NCBI RefSeq assembly: GCF_016433145.1
Contig: NC_058130.1
Location: forward strand, 74,996-138,995
Reading direction: 5' to 3'
DNA: 64,000 nucleotides
DNA from: Gracilinanus agilis
Lineage: Eukaryota
Shown: positions 63,801 to 64,000 of the stretch, in pieces
Layout of the letters: the number at the start of each line of letters is the position of its first letter
How positions within the stretch are numbered: position 1 is the stretch's first letter
Notes under the pieces: model-generated
What the model was told of the DNA's origin: nothing
The model's database searches: none
Seen by the model: the letters and a program-made list of their open reading frames with translations, nothing else
Made by a program: the position numbers and the translations under genes

Positions 63801-64000
63801 AGCTAGCTGCTGCTGCTGTTGTAAAACTTCAGGACATGAACTGGGTAGCCAATCCTCCATTTAAATTTTCAACAACCAGAAAGTTCCTCTTTTTGTTTAA
63901 TGTGGTCTTGAAAAATATTTCAATTTGATGAGAGAAAGCAAAAAGAACTTCCTCAGGCTCTGCAAATTGCATGAGAAATAGATCATAACTTTATGAACCG

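Noticed and set aside
1-64000. CRISPR arrays, operons, rRNA/tRNA genes, endogenous viral genes
   Set aside because: No regularly spaced repeat-spacer array or long ORF was seen. tRNA-like stretches are SINE heads. I saw no gag/pol/env or RNA-virus peptide I could recognise, though a translated search would be needed to exclude decayed ones.

Overview
AT-rich, CpG-poor eukaryotic non-coding DNA (intergenic or a large intron) from a marsupial, most likely a didelphid opossum: it carries several TSD-flanked SINE1_Mdo/Opo-1-type copies plus many MAR1 CORE-SINEs. A large share is transposon-derived: MIR/MIR3, MAR1, opossum SINE1, RTE-related SINEs, L1 3' ends, decayed L2 and L3/CR1, three ERV-type LTRs and hAT-type MITEs. 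One 500-N assembly gap lies at 36839-37338. I cannot identify any protein-coding gene, RNA gene or CpG island. The supplied ORFs are explained by L1 ORF2 remnants, microsatellites, the gap or chance. I found no convincing new biological system. The best leads are: a young hAT MITE with perfect 8-bp TSDs carrying a CTCF-like motif, a SINE fragment with twin-priming-type 5' inversion, two solo LTRs with exact TSDs (one splitting an RTE-SINE), an RFX motif cluster, a palindromic CTCF site, unexplained direct repeats and a few weak candidate exons. Repeat family names are from memory of consensus sequences, and boundaries marked ~ are approximate.
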